A stretch of 64,000 nucleotides of DNA from an uncultured delta proteobacterium. Its GTDB lineage: Bacteria > Desulfobacterota > Zymogenia > Zymogenales > Zymogenaceae. The translations under genes were made by a program, and so were the position numbers. This document shows, piece after piece, positions 19,877 to 30,106 of the stretch. The stretch spans positions 103,760-167,759 of the forward strand of contig CAVTLK010000005.1 of NCBI GenBank assembly GCA_963735595.1, in the 5' to 3' direction. How positions within the stretch are numbered: the stretch's first letter is position 1; each line of letters begins with the position of its first letter. Under the pieces are notes generated by a model that was not told where the DNA came from, made no database searches, and saw only the letters and a list, made by a program, of their open reading frames with translations.

Positions 19877-21034
19877 CTACTTCACCACCGGGTACTGCCC
19901 GCTGCCAATCGGCCACCAGGTGCCCTTGGCCAGGTCGACGATCCTGATCACGTCGCCGTCTAAGAGCTTTCTCGTGCTCATGTTGTTGAGCTTCTCCCCG
20001 CCGATCGTATCTTCCTTATCCTTGCTACGCTTATAGAGCGCCTCGATATAGTCCGAGTTCATGTCTTCCGGAGAAAACACCAGGGGCGTCTCTTTGCCGT
20101 CCACCGTCTCCGTGAACTTGGGCAGGTTATCCTTGAATACATAGAAATAGGCGGCGAGGTCACCCTCCGGAGATACCGCGAGGGAGTAGATCGGGCCCGG
20201 CTCCTCGGCGACGCCGGTGACCGCGCCGGTGGCCGGATCGAGGCGGTAGAGCCTGCCCGTTTTCGTGTCGTTATAGATGAAGAGGGCGTTGCCGGTGGCG
20301 GTAAGCCATCTCGGGCAGGAAAAACCGAGGGGCGAGGCCGGCGTGGGCGTTTCGGTGAAGGAAGCGGACTTGATCTCGGTAACGGCCCTCGTGGCGACGG
20401 TCACGAGCGCCAGGCGGCTCTTGCCGTTGTTGAATTCGGACAGGAGGATCGATTTTCCGTCCGGGGAGACGGCGATATCGAGGGGGTTTCCCTCGTAGAG
20501 GGGATTCGAGCTCCAATCCCCGCCGGCCGCGTCATAGATCCCGGTGCCGCCGATATAGGCCAGGCGCTGTCCCTCGGCAAACCAGGAGGGGCGGCTGCCG
20601 GCGCCGAGGTCGGCGACTTCATCGCCGGACGCGGAGACTATCTTGAGATGGCCGGACTCTCCCTTTTCCACCACGGCGATTATATCGGCGGAAGGACAGA
20701 CCGCGAAATCGGCGACGTTGATGAAAACGTCTTTCGAATCGCCCGACGCGATATCGTAAGATTTCAATTTCGCGTAGTTATCGATGTAGTAGAGGCCGTC
20801 GCCCGAAGTGCTGAAGGCAATCCGGTAGGCGACGGCGATCTTCTTGGGTGTTTCGGCCTTGATGCCCGAAATATAGGCCGCGCCGTCGTTAATGTAGGCG
20901 GCCTCAAAGTCCACCGCCGCGGTATCGTCCTTCTTGTCCTTGTTTAAGATAAAGTAATAGAAGCCGAAAAAGAGTAACAGGAATACTGCCATCGTAATGA
21001 AGAACTGAAGCCCTTTGTTTTGGGGTGCCGCCAT
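19877..21034 (-). CDS. membrane-anchored beta-propeller protein (TolB/PD40-like repeats)
   Basis: N-terminal TM helix (FFITMAVFLLLFFGFYYFIL) followed by repeated SPDG/GxxLAY propeller-like units (AVSPDGKSILLSE, LAVSPEGDLAAYF). AAGGAG RBS precedes the ATG. Confidence 0.55.
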   Translation of the reverse strand: MAAPQNKGLQFFITMAVFLLLFFGFYYFILNKDKKDDTAAVDFEAAYINDGAAYISGIKAETPKKIAVAYRIAFSTSGDGLYYIDNYAKLKSYDIASGDSKDVFINVADFAVCPSADIIAVVEKGESGHLKIVSASGDEVADLGAGSRPSWFAEGQRLAYIGGTGIYDAAGGDWSSNPLYEGNPLDIAVSPDGKSILLSEFNNGKSRLALVTVATRAVTEIKSASFTETPTPASPLGFSCPRWLTATGNALFIYNDTKTGRLYRLDPATGAVTGVAEEPGPIYSLAVSPEGDLAAYFYVFKDNLPKFTETVDGKETPLVFSPEDMNSDYIEALYKRSKDKEDTIGGEKLNNMSTRKLLDGDVIRIVDLAKGTWWPIGSGQYPVVK

Positions 21035-21152
21035 CAGCGTCTCCTTTTAATCCACGTTTTTTTCGGGTATAATCACTCGTGCTCCGGGGCGCGCCGTTCG
21101 GATAACCGATTACCATGCGCGTCAGCAGGGAGCCACTTCTATATATCATCTC

Positions 21153-23126
21153 TTGGAGCATAAGTCAACGGTGGGAACACGCAACGATTACGAAACAGAG
21201 ATAGACGAGTTTTTCGGTAAGGACGGACGTCTCTCGACGGTGCTTGCCGGGTTCGAGTTTCGGGAAGGCCAGCTCATCATGGCCCGGGCCGTGGGGCGGG
21301 CGTTTGCCGAGCGGCGGCCCCTCATGGTCGAGGCGGGCACGGGGACGGGTAAGACCCTTGCCTACCTGGTGCCCGCCCTCTTCTCGGGCAAGAAGACCGT
21401 CGTCTCCACGGGGACTATCAACCTCCAAGAACAGATCGTCCAAAAGGACGTCCCCATCATCGAACGGGCGATGAACCGGTCCGTCAAGGCGGTGATACTC
21501 AAGGGGCGCGGCAACTACCTCTGCCTTCGCCGGTTCGAGCGGTTCGGGCGTCAGCACGGTCTTGTGCTTGGAGAAGGGGCAACGTTCGCGCGCGAAATCG
21601 AGCGGTGGGCGAGGACGACGAAGACCGGCGATCGGGCGGAGCTTGCCAATCTTCCCGCGGAGTTCGCCCTCTGGGGGGAGATATCCTCGTCACCGGAGAG
21701 GTGCTTCGGGCCGAAATGCCCCCGTTTCGACGACTGCTTCGTGAGCCGCGCCAGGAGAAGGGCGCAGGCCGCCGACATCGTGGTGGTCAATCACCACCTC
21801 TTTTTTGTCGACCTGATGGTTCGCGAGCGGGGGGTGACAGGCGTGATCCCCCGGTGGGAGGCGGTCGTGCTGGACGAGGCGCATAACATAGAAAAGGTCG
21901 CCCTCGACTATTTCTCCCTCTCGGTTTCTCCGTTCCGGATCGACGTTTTGACCAGGGACCTCCTCCACGAGATGACCGCCGAACGGGTTACCGACCGCCG
22001 GATCGAGCGGGCGGTACTAGCGGTCACGGAGGGCTCGGTCGGCTTTTTCAACGCCGTCGGGTTCCGAACCGCCGAGGGGAAGGCCAGGATCGGTCCCGAA
22101 TTCTTTTCCCCGGAGGACAGAGAGCGCGCCCTGGGGCTTGCGGCGCGGTTGTCGCTGTTGGCTGAGGCGGTTCGGTCGTCGGGAGTCCAGCACGAGCCGA
22201 TCCTGGCGGCCGCGTACCGCGCGCAGGAGATCGCCGATAATCTCCAGTTCATCGTGACGATGCCGGACCGCCAGTACGTCTATTGGTCACAGATGTCCCA
22301 GGCCAGGGGGGGCGACGTCTTCTTTTGCGCCACGCCGATCGATATCGCCAAAGAGCTGCAGCAGCGTTTCTTTAAGAAGGTCGAAACGGTTATTCTCACC
22401 TCGGCCACCCTCTCGGTCATGGGCAGCTTCGATTTCTTCACCGAGAGCGTGGGGATTGGCTCGGATGTCGAAGGGATCATTGCCCCGGGCGGATTCGATA
22501 CCAAGCGCAATGCGCTCCTGTTTATCCCCTCCGACCTCCCCGAGCCGGACCGGCGAACCCCGAACGGGGCAGTGATCGACATGATCGGCCGGTTGCTTTC
22601 GCTCAGCCGCGGGCGGGCGCTGGTGCTGTTTACCAGCGTCAGAAACATGGAGGCCGCCCACGCCGCCCTCAAGGACGCGATTCCAATGAGGGTCATGATC
22701 CAGGGCGACGCCCCCCGCGGGGCGCTGCTCGCCGAGTTTAAAGACGACATCTCCTCGGTTTTGTTTGCAACGGCGTCCTTCTGGGAAGGGATCGACGTGC
22801 CGGGGGAGGCGCTCTCCCTGGTGATCATCGATAAGCTCCCATTTGACCGGCCGACCGACCCGATCATCGAGGCGAAGCTCGAGTACATGAGAGACCGGGA
22901 TCAGAACCCTTTTTACCGATATCAGCTTCCCCGCGCCGTCATCATGCTGCGCCAGGGGTTGGGCAGGCTCATCCGCTCCCAGAGCGATCGGGGGGTCCTG
23001 GCGGTGTTGGATTCACGGATTCGGCAAAAGCAGTACGGCCGCGTTTTCTTACAAAGCCTGTCCCACTTCTCTTTCACCGATGACCTCGGGGACGTGGGGG
23101 CGTTTTTCATGGATCAGGGCTCTTGA
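21153..23126 (+). CDS. dinG: ATP-dependent DNA helicase, DinG/XPD (Rad3) family with an Fe-S cluster domain
   Basis: Walker A AGTGTGKTLAYLVPAL, DEAH-box VVLDEAHNIE, four-Cys Fe-S insertion (CLRRFERFG...CFGPKCPRFDDC), and C-terminal helicase motifs (VLFATASFWEGIDVPG, QGLGRLIRS). Confidence 0.85.
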   Translation: MEHKSTVGTRNDYETEIDEFFGKDGRLSTVLAGFEFREGQLIMARAVGRAFAERRPLMVEAGTGTGKTLAYLVPALFSGKKTVVSTGTINLQEQIVQKDVPIIERAMNRSVKAVILKGRGNYLCLRRFERFGRQHGLVLGEGATFAREIERWARTTKTGDRAELANLPAEFALWGEISSSPERCFGPKCPRFDDCFVSRARRRAQAADIVVVNHHLFFVDLMVRERGVTGVIPRWEAVVLDEAHNIEKVALDYFSLSVSPFRIDVLTRDLLHEMTAERVTDRRIERAVLAVTEGSVGFFNAVGFRTAEGKARIGPEFFSPEDRERALGLAARLSLLAEAVRSSGVQHEPILAAAYRAQEIADNLQFIVTMPDRQYVYWSQMSQARGGDVFFCATPIDIAKELQQRFFKKVETVILTSATLSVMGSFDFFTESVGIGSDVEGIIAPGGFDTKRNALLFIPSDLPEPDRRTPNGAVIDMIGRLLSLSRGRALVLFTSVRNMEAAHAALKDAIPMRVMIQGDAPRGALLAEFKDDISSVLFATASFWEGIDVPGEALSLVIIDKLPFDRPTDPIIEAKLEYMRDRDQNPFYRYQLPRAVIMLRQGLGRLIRSQSDRGVLAVLDSRIRQKQYGRVFLQSLSHFSFTDDLGDVGAFFMDQGS

Positions 23127-23133
23127 AAATACC

Positions 23134-23162
23134 TTGACTAACAACGATAAAGATACTATAAC
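23134..23162 (+). promoter_or_regulatory. sigma70-type promoter (TTGACT-17-TATAAC) for the GTPase-roadblock-che operon, followed by a leader of roughly 210 nt
   Basis: TTGACT at 23134-23139, a 17-nt spacer, and TATAAC at 23157-23162, in an AT-rich patch just after the dinG stop. Confidence 0.35.
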
Positions 23163-23376
23163 TATTACTATATTTCGACAAACCGGACTACTCCCCGCCC
23201 ACGTGGTTCCGGGAGAGGGTGAACGGTGCGGCGGGTCTTCCTATATAGATCCGTGACGCATCCGGCAAGGTGCCGTACAATCCACCGCGCCAAACGTGCG
23301 GCTTCTGGGGCGGTTGCGATATCCCGAGGGGTTCTTTCCCGGATAGAAGAGCCGTCAAGATAACAGGAGGACGAGT

Positions 23377-23889
23377 ATGCACCGTTTGAAAGTTGTCGTA
23401 ACCGGTCCCTTTAACAGCGGCAAGACTCAATTCATAAAATCGGTCAGCGAAATAGACGTGGTTTCCACCGAAAGAAAGGTGACCCTGCCCGAACACGCGG
23501 CGATCAAGGGAGAAACAACGGTGGCCATGGATTTTGGCCGTATCACCCTGGGTGACCAGAAAGTATACCTCTTCGGGACGCCGGGTCAGCAGCAGTTTGA
23601 CTTTATGTGGGAGGTGCTGACCGAGAATATGATCGGTTTTATCGTCGTCGTGGATTCGACGGACCCCAAGCGGTTTAAGGAGGCCCGGGAGATAATCCGG
23701 TTCTTCAAGGACATCCTCGAAGAACCGTTTGTCGTGGCTGCCAATAAACAGGAGCTTACCGGGGCGCTGCCGGTCACAGAGCTCAGAAAGGAATTAGGGC
23801 TGGACGACAGCTGTGAAATTATCGGCTGCAGCGCCGTCGACAAGAAAAGCTCGGTAAAAGTGCTCGATGCACTCATGAAGTATATGTAA
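23377..23889 (+). CDS. Ras-like small GTPase of the CvnD/MglA-like family (COG2229)
   Basis: P-loop GPFNSGKT, the TTVAMDFGRITL plus LFGTPGQ (G3) block matching Streptomyces conservon CvnD-type GTPases, an NKQE G4-like motif, and SAV (G5), in 170 aa. GGAGG RBS upstream. Confidence 0.8.
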   Translation: MHRLKVVVTGPFNSGKTQFIKSVSEIDVVSTERKVTLPEHAAIKGETTVAMDFGRITLGDQKVYLFGTPGQQQFDFMWEVLTENMIGFIVVVDSTDPKRFKEAREIIRFFKDILEEPFVVAANKQELTGALPVTELRKELGLDDSCEIIGCSAVDKKSSVKVLDALMKYM

Positions 23890-23928
23890 GGCCCGTATCT
23901 ATTATTATTTTATAAAAAGGGAATCATC

Positions 23929-24306
23929 GTGGCGACTTATAAAGCGTCTACGCTCAACAAGACCATAACCGATCTGTCGGAAGGGATTCCGGGCATCGAG
24001 GCTATCGTCCTTGAGACATACGAGGGGTTGGTGCTGGCATCTACTCTGCCCACCAGCGCGGAAGAGGAGATCATCGCGGCTATCTCCTCGGCCGCCCAGG
24101 GCATCATCAACCGCGCGGTCAAGGAACTCAAGCAGGGAGACGTTCAAAATACGCTTGTTTTGAGTTCTTCGGGCCAGATAGTCCTGACGGATATAGAGGG
24201 CAAGGCCCTGTTGACCGTTATCGCCAAGCGGGATTCGAATCTGGGCCTCATATCGGTCATGAGCCGGCGCATTGCCAAGGACATCAGAGGCCTCCTGCCG
24301 TTCTGA
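23929..24306 (+). CDS. roadblock/LC7 domain protein (MglB/CvnB-like)
   Basis: 125 aa with the classic roadblock pattern (IPGIEAIVLETYEGLVLAST...GQIVLTDIEGKALLTVIAKRDSNLGLI). Confidence 0.8.
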   Translation: MATYKASTLNKTITDLSEGIPGIEAIVLETYEGLVLASTLPTSAEEEIIAAISSAAQGIINRAVKELKQGDVQNTLVLSSSGQIVLTDIEGKALLTVIAKRDSNLGLISVMSRRIAKDIRGLLPF

Positions 24307-24314
24307 TTATCCAC

Positions 24315-25163
24315 ATGATCGAAAGCCGACAAGAAGAGAACATCGTGTTGACACCTGGAACATTCGCCAGGCTGAGGTCGATTCTCAAAGGTGGCGGCAG
24401 CGCCAATCTTAATCTCAATCTCTATAAAGATCCTTATATAGGGCGGCGGATTCAGGTGAGGATGCGCGCGACTCAGGCCGCCACTACCGAAGATTATCTC
24501 GATATAGCGGAAAGAAATCCCGTTGAGTACAAGAAGCTGGTATCTGTCCTGACCATCAACGTCACCCGGTTTTTCAGGAACCAAGAGACGTTCGACAAGA
24601 TCGACCGGCTTGTGATACCGAATATCATCAGGAATCACTATGAACGGGGTGGACGCAGGATAAACGTACTGAGCGTTGGATGTTCCACCGGTGAAGAGCC
24701 TTACAGCGTGGCGATTCTCTTTCTCGATCATCTTCAGAAGACAGGCCAATCGCGCGATCTGAGAGTCCTCGGAACCGATATTGATAAGCGGGCCCTCTTT
24801 CATGCCCTCAAAGGGATATACGATCAGGAGAAGGTGGAAGCAATTCCGAAAGATATCCTCAAACGATACTTCGTCGCGACGAAAAAGGGCTATCAAATAG
24901 CCCCTGACGTGCGAAACAAGGTAATCTTCATCAAAAAAGACGTATTTTCGTATAAAATGTATAACCGATTCGACCTGATACTGGCCAGGAATATACTCAT
25001 CTATTTTGTCAGAAGCTATCAGGAAAAGATCGTGGAAAGCTTCCATCGTCAATTGGTGCGGGGTGGTTTCCTCGTGCTGGGAAGGGCTGAATCGCTGGCC
25101 GGATGCACCAGACAGCTGTTCGAGCCGATAAGCGTTGCGGATCGGATTTATCGCAAAATCTGA
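24315..25163 (+). CDS. cheR: chemotaxis protein methyltransferase CheR
   Basis: The motifs TRFFRN, SVGCSTGEEPYSVAI, LGTDID..AL and ARNILIYF (SAM-dependent MCP methyltransferase). Confidence 0.9.
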   Translation: MIESRQEENIVLTPGTFARLRSILKGGGSANLNLNLYKDPYIGRRIQVRMRATQAATTEDYLDIAERNPVEYKKLVSVLTINVTRFFRNQETFDKIDRLVIPNIIRNHYERGGRRINVLSVGCSTGEEPYSVAILFLDHLQKTGQSRDLRVLGTDIDKRALFHALKGIYDQEKVEAIPKDILKRYFVATKKGYQIAPDVRNKVIFIKKDVFSYKMYNRFDLILARNILIYFVRSYQEKIVESFHRQLVRGGFLVLGRAESLAGCTRQLFEPISVADRIYRKI

Positions 25164-25223
25164 AAATACTATTCCTTTTTGGGAATAATTGGTGTAGTAT
25201 ATGGTGAAAATGGGAGGAGACAG

Positions 25224-26501
25224 ATGAGAATCGAAATCGGGTATAAATTCATCTTTGGATTTATTTTGGTTATCCTCACGTCCGTGATCCTGCCGTATCT
25301 GGTGCGAGCCACCCACCTGGTCGACAATGAGATGATCAGCAATATGATCGCGGCCCTTTCGGCGATACTGGTTGGTTTGATCATCGGGTGGGTTTTCACC
25401 AGGAACTTCACCAAGGACTTCCGGGAATTGACGGCGACTACCGAGATAATCAGCCAGGGTGACCTGAGCCAGTATATAGAAATCTCGCACAAGAAGGTCT
25501 TCCCCGATGAAACGGTCGACCTGGCCAATTCCGTCAATCGAATGCTCGGGAGCCTGCGGGATCTGGTGTCCCATGTTAAACGGACGGCTGCGCAGGTTTC
25601 TGAATCGGCCCAGGGGCTGTCGTCCTCCGCGGAAGAAATAAACGCCTCTACCGAGGAGATCGCCTCCACTATCGAACAGATATCACGAGGGGCCGAGCAC
25701 CAGGCGGAACTCGTCGACAAAACCGGCAACATCATCAAGGACATCGCCAAGAAGATCGAACGGGTTGCCGAGACCGCCAAAGATCTCTCCGCCTCCTCGG
25801 CTCAAAGCCAGGAAGAGGCCGGAACTGCCGGCAAGATGGTGGATAACGCCATGGAGCGGATGCTCACGGTGTTCAATAATATGGAACACATCGGCAAGAA
25901 CATGCTTGATTTCTCCGAAAAGGCCAAGGAGATCGGTAAAATCGTCGAAGTTATCAGAAACGTTGCCCATCAGACCAACCTCCTTGCCCTTAACGCCACG
26001 ATTGAGGCCGCCCGGGCCGGGGAATACGGCCGGGGATTTACCGTTGTTGCCGACGAGATCAGGAAGTTGTCCGAGACGACAACGAAGTTTGCCGAAGAGA
26101 TCACGGGCCTGGTGACCGATATCAGTAAGGGGAGCCAGGAGGCCAACATCGAGGTAAGGGAAGTCCTCAAGAACGTGGATGAAGGCAAGGACGTCATCAA
26201 TTCGGTCGTTCAATCGCTCGGCGGAATAATCAGGGTTGCGCTGGATTCTCTCCATGAACTCAACCGAATATCCCAGCTCGCGATCGAACAGGCAAAAGAA
26301 GCCGAGGAGATGGTCAAAGCGGTCGATGAAATAGCGCGGCTTGCCGAGGACAACGCGGCGGCCACCGAAGAAGTGAGCGCTGCTACTGAAGAACAGACTG
26401 CATCCATGGAAGAGATGGCCTCGTCGGCGCAGGAACTCTCAATGACGTCCGAACAGCTAAAGGCGGTAGTCGATAGCTTCAAGCTGGAACCGGAGGCATA
26501 A
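25224..26501 (+). CDS. methyl-accepting chemotaxis protein with a minimal periplasmic loop
   Basis: Start ATG 25224 preceded by GGGAGGAG. Two TM helices separated by about 14 residues, a HAMP region, and an MCP signalling domain ([33 protein letters not shown]). Confidence 0.9.
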   Translation: MRIEIGYKFIFGFILVILTSVILPYLVRATHLVDNEMISNMIAALSAILVGLIIGWVFTRNFTKDFRELTATTEIISQGDLSQYIEISHKKVFPDETVDLANSVNRMLGSLRDLVSHVKRTAAQVSESAQGLSSSAEEINASTEEIASTIEQISRGAEHQAELVDKTGNIIKDIAKKIERVAETAKDLSASSAQSQEEAGTAGKMVDNAMERMLTVFNNMEHIGKNMLDFSEKAKEIGKIVEVIRNVAHQTNLLALNATIEAARAGEYGRGFTVVADEIRKLSETTTKFAEEITGLVTDISKGSQEANIEVREVLKNVDEGKDVINSVVQSLGGIIRVALDSLHELNRISQLAIEQAKEAEEMVKAVDEIARLAEDNAAATEEVSAATEEQTASMEEMASSAQELSMTSEQLKAVVDSFKLEPEA

Positions 26502-26508
26502 GACAGAA

Positions 26509-26985
26509 ATGGGAGACCATGCCGACGGCGTAGGTGCTGAGCGCCAGATAATCGCCTTTGCCCTCTCCCACGAGGTTTTCGGGATAGATATCGCGCGGGT
26601 GCAGCGGATTGCCCCACCCGAGACGATAACACGTGTGCCGCGAGCGCCGGCATTCATATTGGGCATCATGAATATGGCCGGGCGGATCATCACACTGATC
26701 GACCTTGCCCATATCCTGCATCTTGAGAGAGGTGACGAGTTGGGGCAGCAAATCATCATCCTTAACCATGATGACATGAACATAGGCTTTGTTACCGGCC
26801 AGGTTGCCGATGTCATCATGACGGACGATGAATCCCTGAACAGGGAGATCGTACGTATCAGCGCTCAGGATGAGAACTTCGTTTCGGCAATACTGAATAC
26901 AGGCGACCGTATTATCAACGTACTGAACATCGAAAAGCTGTTTGATTTTATAAAAAAATCTTTTGTCGACTCGAGGGGGAAATGA
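26509..26985 (+). CDS. cheW: chemotaxis coupling protein CheW
   Basis: 158-aa CheW-like domain (IIAFALSHEVFGIDIARVQRI...ILGIMNMAGRIITLIDL). Confidence 0.9.
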   Translation: MGDHADGVGAERQIIAFALSHEVFGIDIARVQRIAPPETITRVPRAPAFILGIMNMAGRIITLIDLAHILHLERGDELGQQIIILNHDDMNIGFVTGQVADVIMTDDESLNREIVRISAQDENFVSAILNTGDRIINVLNIEKLFDFIKKSFVDSRGK

Positions 26986-27350
26986 GTCTCAAGGTATTAA
27001 TTGTCGATGATGCGAGTTTTATGAGGGCCATGCTGAAGGACATCCTTGTCTCAGGCGGCTTTGATCTCGCGGGCGAGGCGGTGGACGGTGTCGAAGCGGT
27101 ACAGAAATACAAAGAGCTTAGGCCGGATGTCGTTACTATGGATATAGTAATGCCCCTCAGAAGCGGTATCGACGCCGTCAAGGAGATTATCGCCTTCAAT
27201 AAGGACGCGCGAATCATTATGTGCAGTGCGCTCGGCCAGGAATCCCTCGTTCTGGAGGCCATCAATGCCGGCGCGAAGGACTATATTATAAAACCGTTTG
27301 ACCCGGATAAGGTCGTCGAGATGGTCAAGAAGGTCGCCGGGGTCAAGTAG
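26982..27350 (+). CDS. cheY: response regulator CheY
   Basis: Single REC domain (VLIVDDASFMR...VVTMDIVMP...GAKDYIIKPF). Its start overlaps the cheW stop. Confidence 0.9.
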   Translation: MSLKVLIVDDASFMRAMLKDILVSGGFDLAGEAVDGVEAVQKYKELRPDVVTMDIVMPLRSGIDAVKEIIAFNKDARIIMCSALGQESLVLEAINAGAKDYIIKPFDPDKVVEMVKKVAGVK

Positions 27351-27353
27351 TCA

Positions 27354-27938
27354 ATGGCCGACGCAGTAAAGCTCGTGATTATCGCCGCCTCCACCGGCGG
27401 ACCAAAGATACTGCTGGACGTACTTTCGGCAATTCCTCAGGGTATTCCATCTGCAATTATTGTCATACAACATATGCTCCCGCGCTTTATCGGTTCGTTT
27501 GCAAAGCGTTTGGAAAAAGGTTCACATCTGTCCGTGCAGGTCGGAAGCGACGGGATGAGGCTCGGTAAGGGGACGACTATTTTAGCTCCCGGGGGCAAAC
27601 ATCTCATTTTGGTGCCGGATACGGACGGCGTAATCGTTGGTTTTGACGAATCAGGCCCGAGGGCGGGCGTCATGCCGTCGGCCGACGTTACCATGATTTC
27701 GGCCGCTCCCCTGTTCCGTGGAAACCTCCTGGGCGTTATCCTTTCCGGGATGGGCAGAGACGGGGTCGAGGGATTTGCCGCGATAAAACGCGAGGGTGGT
27801 TCAACGGTCGTTGAAGATGAAGCATCAAGCGCGATTTATGGAATGCCGGGCCGGGCATTGACGCGGGGACTGGCCGACAAGGTCCTTACTCCGCACGAGG
27901 TTGCCCTGGAAATCATCGATTTTTCGTCGAGGATCTAG
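27354..27938 (+). CDS. cheB: protein-glutamate methylesterase, catalytic domain only (CheB without receiver domain)
   Basis: Catalytic triad contexts AASTGGP (Ser), IQHM (His) and GMGRDG (Asp) are present. There is no N-terminal REC domain (194 aa). Confidence 0.85.
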   Translation: MADAVKLVIIAASTGGPKILLDVLSAIPQGIPSAIIVIQHMLPRFIGSFAKRLEKGSHLSVQVGSDGMRLGKGTTILAPGGKHLILVPDTDGVIVGFDESGPRAGVMPSADVTMISAAPLFRGNLLGVILSGMGRDGVEGFAAIKREGGSTVVEDEASSAIYGMPGRALTRGLADKVLTPHEVALEIIDFSSRI

Positions 27939-27941
27939 ACC

Positions 27942-30103
27942 ATGGATATGTCCCGATATAAAAAGATATTCATGGAAGAGGCCCGGGAACACCTCGAGAA
28001 GATCAGCAGCCTCTCCCTGGAGATGGAAAAAAATCCCGAAGATATGGAGGTCATCAACGCCATTTTCCGGGAGGCCCACTCGATCAAGGGGATGGCGGCC
28101 TCGATGGGCTACACCCCGATATCCGAGCTGACCCATAAGGTCGAAGACCTCATGGACCTTATCCGAAAGGGGGAGATCGGCGCCAGTTCCCATCTCGTTG
28201 ACGTGATGCTCAGGGCCATAGACGTCCTGGAGAATCAACTCAACGCGATTGATACCGGCGGTGATACCGAGGCGGGACTTACCGAAGTCCTTGAAATGAT
28301 CGAGCGATCCCGAAAGGGCGACATACCCGAAAAGCAGCCGAAACCCGCACAAAAGCAGCCCCCTGCCGAAGAGAAGGCGCCCCCGGAGGGAAAGAGGATC
28401 AGGCCGCCTATATCGTAACCCTGGTCATACGGGAAGACGAGCCCAAGCCGAACGTCAAGGGCCTGCTGGGGGTTAAGAAGCTTTCAGAACTCGGCAAGGT
28501 CATGGGATTGGTCCCGGGCCTTGAGGAGATCAGGAAAGGATTGAAAGGCCGGGAACTGAAGGCGACACTGGTAACCGGGGTTGGGGAAGACGACGTAATG
28601 CGGGCGTTGAGGGGCTTGGCGTACCTTGCGTCATTTGACGTTATCAAGACAAGCGTCAAAACCGGTGGAGAGAGGGGAAAAGGGGAGCCTGCCAAATCCC
28701 CTATCGGGCCGGAAACCGTTGAATTTCGGCCTCCCCCCGATTCAGGTCCCGTTAATCGGCACGATACGGATATATCCCAGGCGGAGACGGCCGTAGACGA
28801 GCCGCCCGTCGAATGGGTCTCGGAAGAGCTGGCCATCCAGCAAGAGACTGCAGGGGTCAATCCTCCCGCGCAGTCTGTCTCCCCCGGCCGGGAATCATCC
28901 TCCAGTGAAGGACCGCGTGTGGAAGAGATGCTCCCGTCAGGAGAGGCGGGGGCGGGGCTGCCGCGATCGGTCCGTATCGGAACCGACCTCCTGGAGAGCT
29001 TCATTAATATTGTTGGTGAGCTGCTCATCACCAAATCCCGTATCCAACAGCAAACCCGGGGCCTCGCCATCACTCCTCTGGATGAGTCGGTAAACCGGCT
29101 CGAGAGCCTGATTAGAGAGCTCCATACGCGGGTAATCACCGTCAGGATGATGCCGCTGGAAAGCATCCTTTCACGGATGCCCCGCCTCGTGCGAGATCTT
29201 GCCCGGGAGAAAGGTAAGGACATAGAATTTACCATCACCGGCGGTGATATCGAGCTTGACCGCGCGATCCTCGAGGAGCTCACTGACCCGCTGGTTCATA
29301 TCCTGAGAAACGCCGTGGACCACGGGATAGAGCCGCCGAATCAGCGCCAGATGTCCGCGAAATCCCCGACGGGGAAAATCATGTTGTCGGCATACCGCGA
29401 GCGGGACCTCGTAATCCTCGAGGTCACCGACGACGGCCGCGGCATCGACCCGGCGAAGATCAGGGAGGCCGCCGTCCAGCGCGGGATCATGAAAAAGCAG
29501 CAGATCGATCTTCTTGACGACCGGGACGTGTTACTGCTTGCGTTCATGCCGAATCTCTCAACGAATAAGGAGGTCTCGGACATATCGGGACGGGGTGTTG
29601 GGATGGACGTGGTTAAGACCAAGGTAGAGTCCTTGGGCGGCTCGGTACGGCTGGAATCCCGAAAGGACGAGGGTACGAAGATCGTCCTGTCTCTTCCGCT
29701 TACGGTTGCTATCATACAGGCCCTCTTGATCAAGTCGGACGGAGAGACATTTGCCCTGCCCCTTTCAAAGACGATAAAGTCGGCGGAAGTGGCCGCGGCG
29801 TCGGTTCAGATGAGCCAGAATCAGAGGGTAGTCTTCATAGACGGCGATATGATCCCTCTGTTCAAAGTGGGGGATCTTCTGGGGTTTTCCGACGGCAGGA
29901 TTGACGACAGGGATATCTCGCTGATCGTCTCCGAAGTGCGTGGAAAACACATCGGTCTCCAGGTTGACGAAATTGTCGGGAGCCAGGAGATATTTATTAA
30001 GTCTCTCGGCTACCCCCTTGAGAAGATCCAGGGCTTTTCGGGCGTTACGATCCTGGGTGACGGGAAGCCCGTACTAATAATCGATATCGGGAACCTCTTT
30101 TAG
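27942..30103 (+). CDS. cheA: chemotaxis histidine kinase CheA (single gene; apparent split at 28416 caused by a 1-nt deletion in an A-run)
   Basis: HPt/P1 (REAHSIKGMAASMGY), then dimerisation, HATPase (ILRNAVDHGIE, DDGRGID, GRGVGMDVV) and C-terminal CheW-like domains. The P1 frame stops at 28416-28418, but the downstream frame is open from at least 28325 through to the ATG at 28502. Restoring one 'a' in ggaaag (28389-28394) fuses APPEG to KEDQAAYIVTL. Confidence 0.85.
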
Positions 30104-30106
30104 CAA

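Noticed and set aside
27942-28502. Stand-alone HPt protein plus separate P1-less CheA
   Set aside because: The two frames are continuous and a single missing A in an A-run explains the break. The linker reads sensibly across the junction.
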